From contig JBAXXP010000001.1 in the NCBI GenBank assembly GCA_037127815.1, positions 104,174 to 168,173 of the forward strand: DNA of 64,000 nt, in the 5' to 3' direction. The stretch comes from a bacterium (GTDB lineage Bacteria > Patescibacteriota > Minisyncoccia > Phycocordibacterales > CAIZLB01). The notes below the pieces were generated by a model. It saw only the letters and a program-made list of their open reading frames with translations. It was not told where the DNA came from and ran no database searches. A program made the translations under genes and the position numbers. Positions 39,907 through 49,445 of this stretch are shown piece after piece (the stretch's first letter is position 1; the number at the start of each line of letters is the position of its first letter).

Positions 39907-41460
39907 ATGATTACAAACCAAATAGCCCTTTCATTAGCAGTAATGACAGGTGGCGTAGGTTTTGTTATTGGATACTTAATCAGAATATTGGTTGCGCTAA
40001 GTACAAAAAACTCTCTTGAACTTAATGCAAAGAAAATTAAAACAATAGCAAAAGAGGAGGCCGTTGAAATAATATCTAGAGCTCAAAATGATGCAACGGA
40101 AATCATGTCGGACGCAAAAAAAGAAATAAAAGAAAAGGAAGAAAATATACAGAAGAATGAAGATCGATTAATAAAGAAGGAACAAATGGTTGATAGCAGA
40201 CAGATTGAAGTTGAAAAGGACATCAAAAAAATTGATGAAGAAATAGAAAAGATACGTTCTAGAAAAAATAAACTCTCCGAAGATGAGGAGCAGCTTAAAA
40301 TATTAAAGGATCAAGAGAGCCTTGTTATAGAGCGTATTTCTGGATTAACAAATGAAGAAGCGAAGAAGATTGTGTTTGATAAAATTGAAAAAGACTCAGC
40401 TGATGACCTTGTTAATAGAATGAATAAGTTTGATTTGTTTGCAGAGGATTCACTTGAGGATAAAGCGAGGGAGATACTAACAACGGTAGTTCAAAGACTT
40501 GCTTCTTCTGTTAATGCAGAAATATTTTCTTCTGCTGTTCAAATTCCATCTGAGGATATTAAAGGAAAAGTTATTGGAAAAGAAGGAAGAAATATTAAAA
40601 CTTTTGAAAAAGAAACGGGTGTTGAAGTTTTGGTTGATGAAGGACAGGGATACATTACATTGTCATGTTTTGATCCAATAAGAAGACAGGTTGCAAAAAT
40701 TGCATTAGAAGCACTTATTGCCGATGGAAGAATACAACCAGCAAGAATTGAAAAGGAAGTTGAAATGGCGAGAGACTCAATAATAAAAGAAACAAAGAAA
40801 TTAGGCAGCATGGCATGTTATGAAACAGGTGTCGTTGGACTTGATCCACGTATTTCAACAATCCTAGGAAGACTGCAATATAGAACTAGTTACGGACAAA
40901 ATGTATTGCAACATTCAATAGAATGTTGTCATCTTGCAGGAATGTTAGCAGAAGAACTTGGTGCTGATGTTGCAGTTGCAAAAGCAGGTGCGCTACTGCA
41001 TGACATTGGAAAAGCACTAGATCATGAAGTTACAGGAAGTCATGTTGATATAGGGAAAAAACTGCTGGAGAAGATGGGTGTTGATAAAAAAATAATTCAA
41101 GCAATGCAATCGCATCATGATGAATACCCATATGAAACACTAGAGGCTAGAATTGTTCAAACAGCAGATGCTCTTTCTGGAGGACGTCCCGGCGCAAGAA
41201 GCGACACTATGGAAAACTATATTAAGAGACTTAATGATCTTGAAGATATAGCAAACTCTTTCTCTGGAGTAGAGAAATCTTATGCACTTCAAGCTGGACG
41301 AGAAATCAGAATTTTTGTTTCACCAGAAAAAATATCAGATTATGATGCAAAAAATATAGCTAGGAATATAGCTATTAAAATTGAGAGGACATTGAAGTAC
41401 CCAGGAGAAATAAAAGTTACAGTGATAAGAGAAAATAAGATTGTTGAAATAGCTAGGTAA
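39907..41460 (+). CDS. rny: Ribonuclease Y
   Basis: N-terminal TM, coiled coil, KH domain, HD domain LLHDIGK. Confidence 0.9.
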   Translation: MITNQIALSLAVMTGGVGFVIGYLIRILVALSTKNSLELNAKKIKTIAKEEAVEIISRAQNDATEIMSDAKKEIKEKEENIQKNEDRLIKKEQMVDSRQIEVEKDIKKIDEEIEKIRSRKNKLSEDEEQLKILKDQESLVIERISGLTNEEAKKIVFDKIEKDSADDLVNRMNKFDLFAEDSLEDKAREILTTVVQRLASSVNAEIFSSAVQIPSEDIKGKVIGKEGRNIKTFEKETGVEVLVDEGQGYITLSCFDPIRRQVAKIALEALIADGRIQPARIEKEVEMARDSIIKETKKLGSMACYETGVVGLDPRISTILGRLQYRTSYGQNVLQHSIECCHLAGMLAEELGADVAVAKAGALLHDIGKALDHEVTGSHVDIGKKLLEKMGVDKKIIQAMQSHHDEYPYETLEARIVQTADALSGGRPGARSDTMENYIKRLNDLEDIANSFSGVEKSYALQAGREIRIFVSPEKISDYDAKNIARNIAIKIERTLKYPGEIKVTVIRENKIVEIAR

Positions 41461-41678
41461 AATAAGGGTATTTCTGGATATTTAAAAAAATCTGGCTAAT
41501 TAGTAAATGAAATGTTTTAACAAAATCGGCTCAATTTATTAAAAATTGACGAATATGTCAAAATGTGTCAAAACTTTTTTAATCTATTAAAGCTATTGAT
41601 TCAAAATATGGCTTAATATATAATCAATAGCGAGGTTATAGCGGTCGACAATTATAAAACACAATTACTTGTACAAAT

Positions 41679-41951
41679 ATGAATAAAGCAGCATTGGTTG
41701 ACAAAGTAAATGAAGTACTAGGAACAACAAAAGTTCAATCTGAGGAAGTTGTAAATACTATCTTTGATAGTATTACAGCTACACTTAAGAAAGGCGAAGA
41801 AGTTTCAGTAGCTGGTTTCGGTATCTTTTCTGCAAAGAAGAGAGCCGCACGTTCTGCTCGTAACCCAAGAACAGGAGAAATCGTAAAGGTTGCAGCTATG
41901 AATGTTCCAAAGTTTAGAGCAGCAAAGGCTCTTAAGGAAGCAGTTAAATAA
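41679..41951 (+). CDS. hup: DNA-binding protein HU
   Basis: 90 aa; GFGIFSAKKRAARSARNPRTGE beta-arm motif. Confidence 0.92.
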   Translation: MNKAALVDKVNEVLGTTKVQSEEVVNTIFDSITATLKKGEEVSVAGFGIFSAKKRAARSARNPRTGEIVKVAAMNVPKFRAAKALKEAVK

Positions 41952-41986
41952 TTTCAGTAAGTCGGTTAGATAGTTTCCACTTAACA

Positions 41987-42014
41987 AAATACCCCAGCGC
42001 AAGCTGGGGTATTT
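41987..42014 (+). terminator. Rho-independent terminator after hup (AAATACCCCAGC-GCAA-GCTGGGGTATTT)
   Basis: 10-bp stem plus T-run. Confidence 0.6.
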
Positions 42015-42082
42015 TGTTAGTTTGCTATATTTAATCAATAACTTATACCCCCTATTTTCTATACCCACCAACACAGATATAG

Positions 42083-43153
42083 TTATCTCACAATCACGGC
42101 CTGGTTAGTAACCCCTGGAACTGCATAGAAATTGTCCATTAATTTTTCTGTTGTCCAATACTCAAAACTTCTTCCATTAATAGGATCGTTTAAATAAAAT
42201 CCTGATGGATTGTCCTTTGGACCGGCAACACCAACAAGAACTCTGGCGTGTTCCCCTTTAATTGCTGTGACCTCTCCCCCGCCTGGAACTTTCCATGAAT
42301 AAGCGGGTGTAGCCATTGATGTATAACCCCAAAAAACAATAGGATGACCCGCCCTTATTTCACGAGCCAGTGTTGTGGCAGTTATGATTGTTTCATACGA
42401 CGCGTCTCTCCCGTATGAAATTGCCGCTTTCATAACTGGCGCACCATAAACCCCATACCCCCCAAAATCATCACCTACCCCAATACTACCGACAAACATC
42501 TCCCTCGGATCATCCCATTCGTTTAATTCAACATTTTTTGGCCTAGGTTTATAACCAAATTTCTGAACAATCTCCATGTCATCAGCAATATTTATTCCAT
42601 AATACGCAAGTGCCATTCTAAGTGAAGCAGCTTCACAGCTATTCCTATACTGCTGTGCGAAATATGGAACTTTCAGTTTGAATACATCGGTTGGTTCAAT
42701 TACAACTGGAACCCTAGTCTGTATCAATGCTGGCGTTGATACTGCTACGGGCGCCATTATTGGTGCTTGTTCTGTTTTTGTTTCTATTGGTATTGTAATT
42801 GCAACAACCTTAAGTTCTACTTTCTCCTCAGAAGGCTCGTTTTCAGAAATAGATGCTTCTTTTGTCACTAAATGCACAGTATTTAGTGTACTGTCTTTTT
42901 CATCACTAACTGTGGCGACTACCGTCATGTCATCAGAAGCTCTCATCAAACCACTGTTTGTATTAGCGGTGACAATGAAGCCACCATAGACATTGTCAGC
43001 CTTAGTAGGTGTTCCATTTTGTGATACAGATGATTGTGACTCAGAATAAACAGTATTAACCCTCGTATTTACAGGGGTTACCAAATTTATTCGTATATAC
43101 AACGAAGCCATTATTATCAAAAGAGCGAGAAAGATATAAATCTTTATTCTCAT
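42083..43153 (-). CDS. Membrane-anchored peptidase C39-like (YvpB/C39_2-type papain-fold) protein
   Basis: N-terminal TM; C-terminal VPYFAQQYRNSCEAASLRMALAYYG matches C39-like catalytic Cys region; ORF upstream part overlaps tRNA so start at MMRIK. Confidence 0.65.
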   Translation of the reverse strand: MRIKIYIFLALLIIMASLYIRINLVTPVNTRVNTVYSESQSSVSQNGTPTKADNVYGGFIVTANTNSGLMRASDDMTVVATVSDEKDSTLNTVHLVTKEASISENEPSEEKVELKVVAITIPIETKTEQAPIMAPVAVSTPALIQTRVPVVIEPTDVFKLKVPYFAQQYRNSCEAASLRMALAYYGINIADDMEIVQKFGYKPRPKNVELNEWDDPREMFVGSIGVGDDFGGYGVYGAPVMKAAISYGRDASYETIITATTLAREIRAGHPIVFWGYTSMATPAYSWKVPGGGEVTAIKGEHARVLVGVAGPKDNPSGFYLNDPINGRSFEYWTTEKLMDNFYAVPGVTNQAVIVR

Positions 43154-43155
43154 CA

Positions 43156-43229
43156 TGGTGCGGGATAAGGGAATCGAACCCTTGTCTACTGCTTGGAAGG
43201 CAGTCATTCTACCACTAAACCAATCCCGC
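43156..43229 (-). tRNA. tRNA-Gly (anticodon TCC), CCA encoded
   Basis: GCGGGAT acceptor/ATCCCGC, anticodon stem ACUGC/GCAGU with loop CUUCCAA, T-arm GGGTTCGATTCCC. Confidence 0.85.
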
Positions 43230-43355
43230 TTACTTTTAAACTATACCAAAATTAGGATAAAAGTAAATACTTTTTATTTAATCGTGCTAAAATAGTATTA
43301 ATAAGATATATTTTGATAGGAACAAATAATACTCAGGTAATCATTAAAACTCAAA

Positions 43356-44531
43356 ATGAACAACATTGAATTTATAATAAGCACCATTATGTCCCTTATA
43401 AAACAGGTTTTTATAATTATAGTTGCAGTTTTTAGTCTATTCACGTCAACACTTTCTATCAGCCCAACCATCCCCTCAGCGAGCAATTTAACAGGTACAA
43501 CATCTGATTACACAAAAGAAAGGGCAAACAAAAATACGAATGATATAATCGCTGTTTTTAACCCACTTACACCAAAGGACGACATAATAAATACGTTAGA
43601 TGGAGCGACAAAGAATATTAAACTCAATCTTTTGAACCTTACAGCTCCAACCTATCAGGTGATTGATGTTCAAAACAACAAAACAACATCAAATATTCCC
43701 GAATCACCCAAAACCTCAACAACAATAGATGCTTTAACAAAACCTCAACAAACAGAGTCTGTTATATCGATAAAATCAAAAGGATCCGAAGAAAGCGTTA
43801 TAAATATCAGATGTGAGAACAAGACCAAGAATACTCTAAAGGTAATAACTGGAAGTGGAATAATAATAAGCTCTTCTGGTTTAATTTTAACAGCAGCCCA
43901 TGTTGCAGCACCAGTTTATGCACAACAACTTAATAACTCATATAACTGTTATGCTCGAATAAACAATCCTGCCTCGGGGAAATACCCCCTTAAGGTAGTT
44001 TACATCGATCAAGCTTGGATAAATAAGTACTACTCTGTATTTGATAAGACTTACACAGAGACAGGTGAACATGATGTAGCAATTCTGAAAATAGATAATT
44101 CAAATTCTAAATTGACCCCAAGTGAAATAATTAACCTTAATAATACTGCCTTTGCGGCCTTATCTACTGAAGTTCCAAGCGTTGGTCAATCTATTGTAAT
44201 AAAATCTTACCCAGCTGATGTTTATGGCAAGTTAGGTGTCTTTACGGTGCTTCCAAGAAAGTCAGAAATAAATTCTATCGACAAGATTACAGACTTTAAT
44301 GGAGGCCTAAGTAGTTTGGACCTAATAGAGACCTCACCAAGCAACCTGGGGCAATCTGGGGCTTCAGGAGGGGGTATTTTTAACAACCAAGGACAACTGA
44401 TTGGAATTATATCTAATATGATTTCATCCAATATTTTGTTTAAAAATAAAGTAAGAGCTACGTCTATTAGATATATGAACGATGAAATAACCAAAAATGG
44501 AGGGAGATCTATCTTCGAAGATAACCTATAG
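43356..44531 (+). CDS. Secreted trypsin-like (S1 family) serine protease
   Basis: signal/TM, TAAHV His motif, HDVAILK Asp, GQSGASGGGIF Ser motif. Confidence 0.7.
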   Translation: MNNIEFIISTIMSLIKQVFIIIVAVFSLFTSTLSISPTIPSASNLTGTTSDYTKERANKNTNDIIAVFNPLTPKDDIINTLDGATKNIKLNLLNLTAPTYQVIDVQNNKTTSNIPESPKTSTTIDALTKPQQTESVISIKSKGSEESVINIRCENKTKNTLKVITGSGIIISSSGLILTAAHVAAPVYAQQLNNSYNCYARINNPASGKYPLKVVYIDQAWINKYYSVFDKTYTETGEHDVAILKIDNSNSKLTPSEIINLNNTAFAALSTEVPSVGQSIVIKSYPADVYGKLGVFTVLPRKSEINSIDKITDFNGGLSSLDLIETSPSNLGQSGASGGGIFNNQGQLIGIISNMISSNILFKNKVRATSIRYMNDEITKNGGRSIFEDNL

Positions 44532-44886
44532 GTGCATCGTTCTTTTTTTCATCAGCTTTTAGTCCGCCGCTATTAAATGCATCTAGAACAAATTTTTGCT
44601 GAATTTTAATCACAGTATCCCAATTGTCATCAGGAGATAGATTATTAGTCTTTTCATGACCACAAGTCTCACATCTATTTGTGACTCTATATTTATCTTT
44701 CTTTAGCTCTATCTTTATAGGTTTCATAAGACCTTGGCATTCTGAAAGTCTGTCACCGGGATTAATGTCAACGTGTTTACTCCATAAACAGTTTGAACAG
44801 TGATCTGTGTAACCATCCCCTTTTACCTCAACTCCACATACTTCACATGTAAAGTTCTCTTTTTTCTTTGTGAATTTTTTACTCAT
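44509..44886 (-). CDS. RNHCP-domain zinc-ribbon protein
   Basis: 125 aa; CEVCG...HCSNCLWSKHVD...GDR...RCETCG pattern. Confidence 0.5.
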   Translation of the reverse strand: MSKKFTKKKENFTCEVCGVEVKGDGYTDHCSNCLWSKHVDINPGDRLSECQGLMKPIKIELKKDKYRVTNRCETCGHEKTNNLSPDDNWDTVIKIQQKFVLDAFNSGGLKADEKKNDAPIGYLRR

Positions 44887-44921
44887 ACGAATTTCTTTTC
44901 TTACTTATACTAAACTATTTG

Positions 44922-44994
44922 TCGGGGCGCCGGGATTCGAACCCGGAGTCACTTGCTCCCAAAGCAAGCATGTTAGCCGTTACACCACGCCCCG
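44922..44994 (-). tRNA. tRNA-Pro (anticodon TGG), CCA not encoded
   Basis: CGGGGCG acceptor, anticodon stem CUUGC/GCAAG loop UUUGGGA, T-arm CCGGGTTCGAATCCCGG. Confidence 0.85.
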
Positions 44995-45099
44995 ATTTGT
45001 AGAAATAGCATATCACACATATTTTATTTTTGCCAATATTAGATGTTACATAAACATTAGCTTAGTCTGGTTTAAAAAAATAATGTAAAACACAGTCAA

Positions 45100-45711
45100 T
45101 TAGTTGAAAAGCGGCAAAACCTTAACCTTACAGCTCACAAGGTTTGTTTTTGTTACACGTGAACCAGAATGATGAAGACTTATACAAATACCGAGGAATT
45201 TAAGGCTTTCTTCCTTAATATCAAAGTCCATACAATATTTTAAGGCCATCAATCTGACTTTTCTTAACTTCTCCTTCGTTAGGTTGATCTCTGGCTTCAG
45301 CCACTCCACACCCTTTCCGTCTCTAATAACACTTATACTAGGGCCAAAAAGGTCGTCTCCCCCACTGTCTTGATTAGAAGGGATTCTAAGGGTTTTAACC
45401 TCGACTATGTAATAATAACCGTCTTTTTGCGCAATTATATCAATCTCACCTATTTTATTCCTATAATTTCTATCAACTATCTGAAAACCGCGTTTTTCTA
45501 AAAAAACTACAGCTATACTCTCACCAAGATCACCAACCTTCTTATTTGAATTGCTTTTATCCCCTTTGTCTATCACATCTTCTTTATTATGACTTTTAGA
45601 TCTTATTCCGAGTTTTATTCTTGATTTGTCCTTTTTAGAACCCACCTTACTTACTTCCACACCCCTTCCTGTGTCAACTTTGTCCTTTTTTGATTGTTCT
45701 ATTATGATCAT
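45100..45711 (-). CDS. YraN-family (UPF0102) endonuclease with K-rich N-terminal extension
   Basis: GESIAVVFLEKRGFQIVDRNYRNKIGEIDIIAQKDGYYYIVEVKT motif. Confidence 0.75.
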   Translation of the reverse strand: MIIIEQSKKDKVDTGRGVEVSKVGSKKDKSRIKLGIRSKSHNKEDVIDKGDKSNSNKKVGDLGESIAVVFLEKRGFQIVDRNYRNKIGEIDIIAQKDGYYYIVEVKTLRIPSNQDSGGDDLFGPSISVIRDGKGVEWLKPEINLTKEKLRKVRLMALKYCMDFDIKEESLKFLGICISLHHSGSRVTKTNLVSCKVKVLPLFN

Positions 45712-45990
45712 TGTTTATTATTTATTACTATTAACAAACGGATGATATACAAACCAGATGAAGAACCTATAAAGATTTATTAAAGAAAAGCAAAAGAAAA
45801 GATGTACTTTTTAAGAAAAGAGACAAAATATATAGATCACCTTCAACCTAGTGTTTCTCATGAAACGTTGAAAATGAGGTTACAAACGGGTTAAACATAC
45901 AAAAAAACACCATTTAGTAGCAAAATAAGGGTTTCATAGGAAACACCCCGTATTATTGTCAAGAAAATAGCAATATTTTACTAAAAGACA

Positions 45991-46121
45991 GTGGATAGCC
46001 ACTTATCCACACAATTAAACCTTATTTATAGCCATATATTGCGTTTTTCCTTATAAAATAGCATTTCTGTATAAGCCTGATTTCTATGTCTTTTATACAC
46101 ATATCCACGGAGTTATCCACA
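45991..46121. promoter_or_regulatory. DnaA-box cluster: TTATCCACA at 46004..46012 and 46113..46121 plus degenerate boxes at 45991..45998 and 46101..46109 in AT-rich intergenic DNA
   Basis: perfect 9-mer consensus DnaA boxes, one forming head-to-head pair GTGGATAG-CCAC-TTATCCAC. Confidence 0.4.
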
Positions 46122-46226
46122 GTCTAGGACATTTTATAAGTCACTTAGGGACAAAAATGCCGTCTCATACCAATCTTAACTACACCGCAATAACCAACCA
46201 TTCTTTATGATCTAACTATCAAATTG

Positions 46227-46297
46227 TGCGGGTAGGGAGAATCGAACTCCCGTCTCGTCCTTGGCAAGGACGCATTCTACCACTAAACCATACCCGC
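46227..46297 (-). tRNA. tRNA-Gly (anticodon GCC), CCA not encoded
   Basis: GCGGGTA acceptor, anticodon stem CGUCC/GGACG loop UUGCCAA, T-arm GGGAGTTCGATTCTCCC. Confidence 0.85.
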
Positions 46298-46338
46298 ATA
46301 TTATTTTGCTTTATTATTATAACACTAAATTATAATTG

Positions 46339-46410
46339 TGCACCCGCCAGGACTCGAACCTGGAATAACGGTTCCGAAGACCGTTGTGATATCCATTTCA
46401 CCACGGGTGC
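46339..46410 (-). tRNA. tRNA-Arg (anticodon TCG), CCA not encoded
   Basis: GCACCCG acceptor, anticodon stem ACGGU/ACCGU loop CUUCGGA, T-arm CCAGGTTCGAGTCCTGG. Confidence 0.85.
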
Positions 46411-46491
46411 ATATTCCATATCCTGATCACCACTGAGACAGTCTACATCATAGATAGCAAAAAATCAAAAGGTGTACTAATATTCTATATA

Positions 46492-48018
46492 ATGACTACT
46501 AAAGACATAAACAATAATCCAATAAAAGAACTGAGTAACAAACTACTAAAAAAAATAGACCAGGGTAGTGTTCCTGCCTATATACAGAATATCGTCATCA
46601 AACTGCAGGAAGCGGGCTTTTCAGCTTATTTAGTAGGGGGTTGTGTAAGAGACCTGATATTAAAGAAACAGCCAAAAGACTGGGATATTACAACAAGCGC
46701 AAAACCTGAAGATATAATCAAAACTTTTGAAGAGACATTTTATGAAAATGACTTTGGAACTGTTGGTATAAAAATAAGAAAAGGGACAGGGGAGACAGAA
46801 ATAGTAGAAGTTACACCCTATAGAACAGAAGGTGATTACTCAGATAGCAGACATCCTGATGAGGTAACTTTCAGCAGTAATATAAAGGACGACCTTCTGA
46901 GAAGAGACTTTACAATTAACGCAATGGCATATGATTCAGTAAAAGACACTATAGTTGATGAGTTTGAGGGTTTAAAGGACATAAAAGACAAGGTCATAAG
47001 GGCAGTAGGAGACCCAGTTAAACGATTTCACGAAGATGGACTCAGATTGATTAGGGCGGTTCGTTTTGCTGCCGAATTAGGTTTCATGATTAACATAGAC
47101 ACACAAGAAGCTATCATATCGGAATCCGGGGTTCTTAAGAAAATTGCAACAGAAAGGATTAGGGAAGAATTCGATAAATTACTTATGTCTAAACAGCCTG
47201 CCTTAGGTATAGCGATGGCTCAAAAGCTTGGTTTGTTGAGTATTTTCTGCCCAGAACTTGAGGGAGCGGTTCATGTGAAACAAAACCAAGCCCATTCTTA
47301 TGATGTTTTTGAGCATCTCTTGAGGAGTTGTCAGTGTGCTGCGGACAAAAATTGGAGGCTGGAGATAAGATTAGCTGCTTTATTCCACGATATTGGAAAG
47401 CCACCAACAAAAAGGGGTAGTGAAACAAGTGATATAACCTTTTATGGACATGAGGTTGTTGGCGCTAAAATGTCTAAAGTTATATTAGAAAGGATGAAGT
47501 ATCCAACAAAAGTTATTACAGTTGTTACAAAACTGATCCGTTGGCACATGTTTTTCTCGGATACTGAACAAATAACACCCTCAGCTGTCCGAAGAATGAT
47601 AGCAAATGTTGGCAAGGAATACATTTGGGACTTAGTAGACCTAAGAATTTGCGACCGTGTAGGAACGGGAAGACCCAAGGAAAACCCTTACAGACTTAGA
47701 AAATACAGGGCTCTTATTGAGGAGGTGATGATGGACCCAATTGATGTGGGGATGCTTAAAATTGATGGAAATACGCTGATTAAGGAATTAAACATACCAG
47801 CAGGGCCAATTATAGGACTAATTTTAAATGCTTTACTTGAGGAGGTTCTAGAGAAACCAGAACTTAACACACAAGAGTACCTTACAAAAAGGGCTATAGA
47901 AATTTCTATGTTTCCCATGAAACAACTCAAGGAACTATCTGAAAAGGGGGTATTAAGAAAAAAAGACCTAGAAAATGAGCAAATAGAGGAAATCAGAAAA
48001 AAGCACGATATTAGATAG
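46492..48018 (+). CDS. cca: CCA-adding tRNA nucleotidyltransferase with C-terminal HD domain
   Basis: GGCVRDLIL head motif, RRDFTINAMAY, HD domain FHDIGK; 508 aa. Confidence 0.85.
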   Translation: MTTKDINNNPIKELSNKLLKKIDQGSVPAYIQNIVIKLQEAGFSAYLVGGCVRDLILKKQPKDWDITTSAKPEDIIKTFEETFYENDFGTVGIKIRKGTGETEIVEVTPYRTEGDYSDSRHPDEVTFSSNIKDDLLRRDFTINAMAYDSVKDTIVDEFEGLKDIKDKVIRAVGDPVKRFHEDGLRLIRAVRFAAELGFMINIDTQEAIISESGVLKKIATERIREEFDKLLMSKQPALGIAMAQKLGLLSIFCPELEGAVHVKQNQAHSYDVFEHLLRSCQCAADKNWRLEIRLAALFHDIGKPPTKRGSETSDITFYGHEVVGAKMSKVILERMKYPTKVITVVTKLIRWHMFFSDTEQITPSAVRRMIANVGKEYIWDLVDLRICDRVGTGRPKENPYRLRKYRALIEEVMMDPIDVGMLKIDGNTLIKELNIPAGPIIGLILNALLEEVLEKPELNTQEYLTKRAIEISMFPMKQLKELSEKGVLRKKDLENEQIEEIRKKHDIR

Positions 48019-48091
48019 AGTTTAACCATTACCCAAATTCAAAACAAGTAACTAGACAATAAGGTGCATACTCAATAAATACAAACTAACA

Positions 48092-48118
48092 AAAATACCG
48101 CTCTATAGGCGGTATTTT
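48092..48118 (+). terminator. Rho-independent terminator after cca (AAAATACCGC-TCTATAG-GCGGTATTTT)
   Basis: stem plus T-run 75 nt after stop. Confidence 0.6.
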
Positions 48119-48391
48119 TGTTAGTTTTTTAAAATGTAAAACTCTTTATAGAAAGAGCCTCAGTACTGGACGCAACAAGGTTATAGTTATTATGATGCGG
48201 CCGTACTAAGGCCCTCGAAACAAGTGTGGGAAACGAAACAAGTAGAAACGATTGAGAAAATTGAGATATTTATTTAATTGTTGTGGGTTGTCTCTATGAT
48301 TATGGGGTAGGCCAGTGTAAGTCCTGTATTCTCCATTTAAATGTGATGCCCAGATTAGAGCTCACTAAGCTAATTTTGGGAGAATTTAAAA

Positions 48392-48639
48392 TGTCCTTTA
48401 TTACCAACCAATCCGTATCATTAAGACTTCCTCAAAGAACTATTTGACCCGATGTTGGGCCGCTCATCTGTCCTTTATTCTAATTCATATTAAAGACATG
48501 TAAAGGACATTATCGTAAATTCTTGTGGATAACTTTTTATTTATTTATTATTTCATTCTGACCGCTATGATAAAGGACATTCTAGTGTTAAATATTTTGT
48601 GAAATTATTTAATTATTCTACTGAAATAAGTTATCCACA
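48392..48639. repeat. Array of short repeats: TGTCCTTTA (48392, 48469) and inverted TAAAGGACA (48501, 48572) plus two perfect DnaA boxes (48524..48532 complement, 48631..48639)
   Basis: direct reading of convergent intergenic region between cca and xth. Confidence 0.45.
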
Positions 48640-49445
48640 ACTAATTTTACTGGGCAGTGATCTGAACCTGTAAAATCATCTTCTATTGTGCATGATTTTA
48701 TTTGATTCATAATTTTCTTCGATACAAAAAAATAATCTATTCTCCATCCAACGTTTCTTTCTCGAGCAAACGTTTTCATGTCCCACCAAGTATAAGCGTC
48801 TATTTTATGTGGGTGTAACTCCCTAAAAACATCTACATACCCAGCTTCAATGAATTTATCAATCCAAATTCTCTCTTCAGGTAAAAATCCTATACTTTTT
48901 TTGTTTTGTTTCGGTCTAGCTAAGTCTATTTCCTCATGAGCCACATTAACATCACCACAAAAAACAACACTTAAGCCTTTGTTTGTAAGCTTTTTACAGT
49001 ATTTCAAAAATTCTTTGTAAAAATCAAGTTTATACTGAAATCTCTCTGGGGCGCCCCCTCCATTTGGAAAATAGCAGTTAATTAGTGCCCACTTATCAAA
49101 AATCAAACATATCATTCTACCTTCCTGATCCATCTTTGGTATTCCAAACCCATACTCAATTTTATTTGGAGTTGTTAATATGTCCTTCATATATATTGCT
49201 ATTCCACTGTATCCTTTTTTGAGTTTAGAATGATCAAAATAACTAACGTAACCTTTAGGGTTTAGTATTTTTTCATCTAACTGATCTACGTGTACCTTGG
49301 TCTCTTGCATACACATAAAATCTGTGTTCTGTTGCATAATTAACTCAAAAGACCCCTTTCTGTGTATAGCTCTTAAACCATTTACGTTCCATGAAATTAT
49401 ACTTAATTGTTTTTTCATTTTATTAAAGACATTATTTTTAATCAT
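48618..49445 (-). CDS. xth: Exodeoxyribonuclease III (AP endonuclease)
   Basis: LSIISWNVNGLRA start, ExoIII/APE catalytic motifs. Confidence 0.9.
   Translation of the reverse strand: MIKNNVFNKMKKQLSIISWNVNGLRAIHRKGSFELIMQQNTDFMCMQETKVHVDQLDEKILNPKGYVSYFDHSKLKKGYSGIAIYMKDILTTPNKIEYGFGIPKMDQEGRMICLIFDKWALINCYFPNGGGAPERFQYKLDFYKEFLKYCKKLTNKGLSVVFCGDVNVAHEEIDLARPKQNKKSIGFLPEERIWIDKFIEAGYVDVFRELHPHKIDAYTWWDMKTFARERNVGWRIDYFFVSKKIMNQIKSCTIEDDFTGSDHCPVKLVVDNLFQ

Noticed and set aside
44870-45088. 72-aa plus-strand ORF
   Set aside because: It overlaps tRNA-Pro on the opposite strand. It is an artefact of the tRNA sequence.
46226-46426. 66-aa plus-strand ORF
   Set aside because: It overlaps tRNA-Gly(GCC) and tRNA-Arg(TCG) and is therefore spurious.
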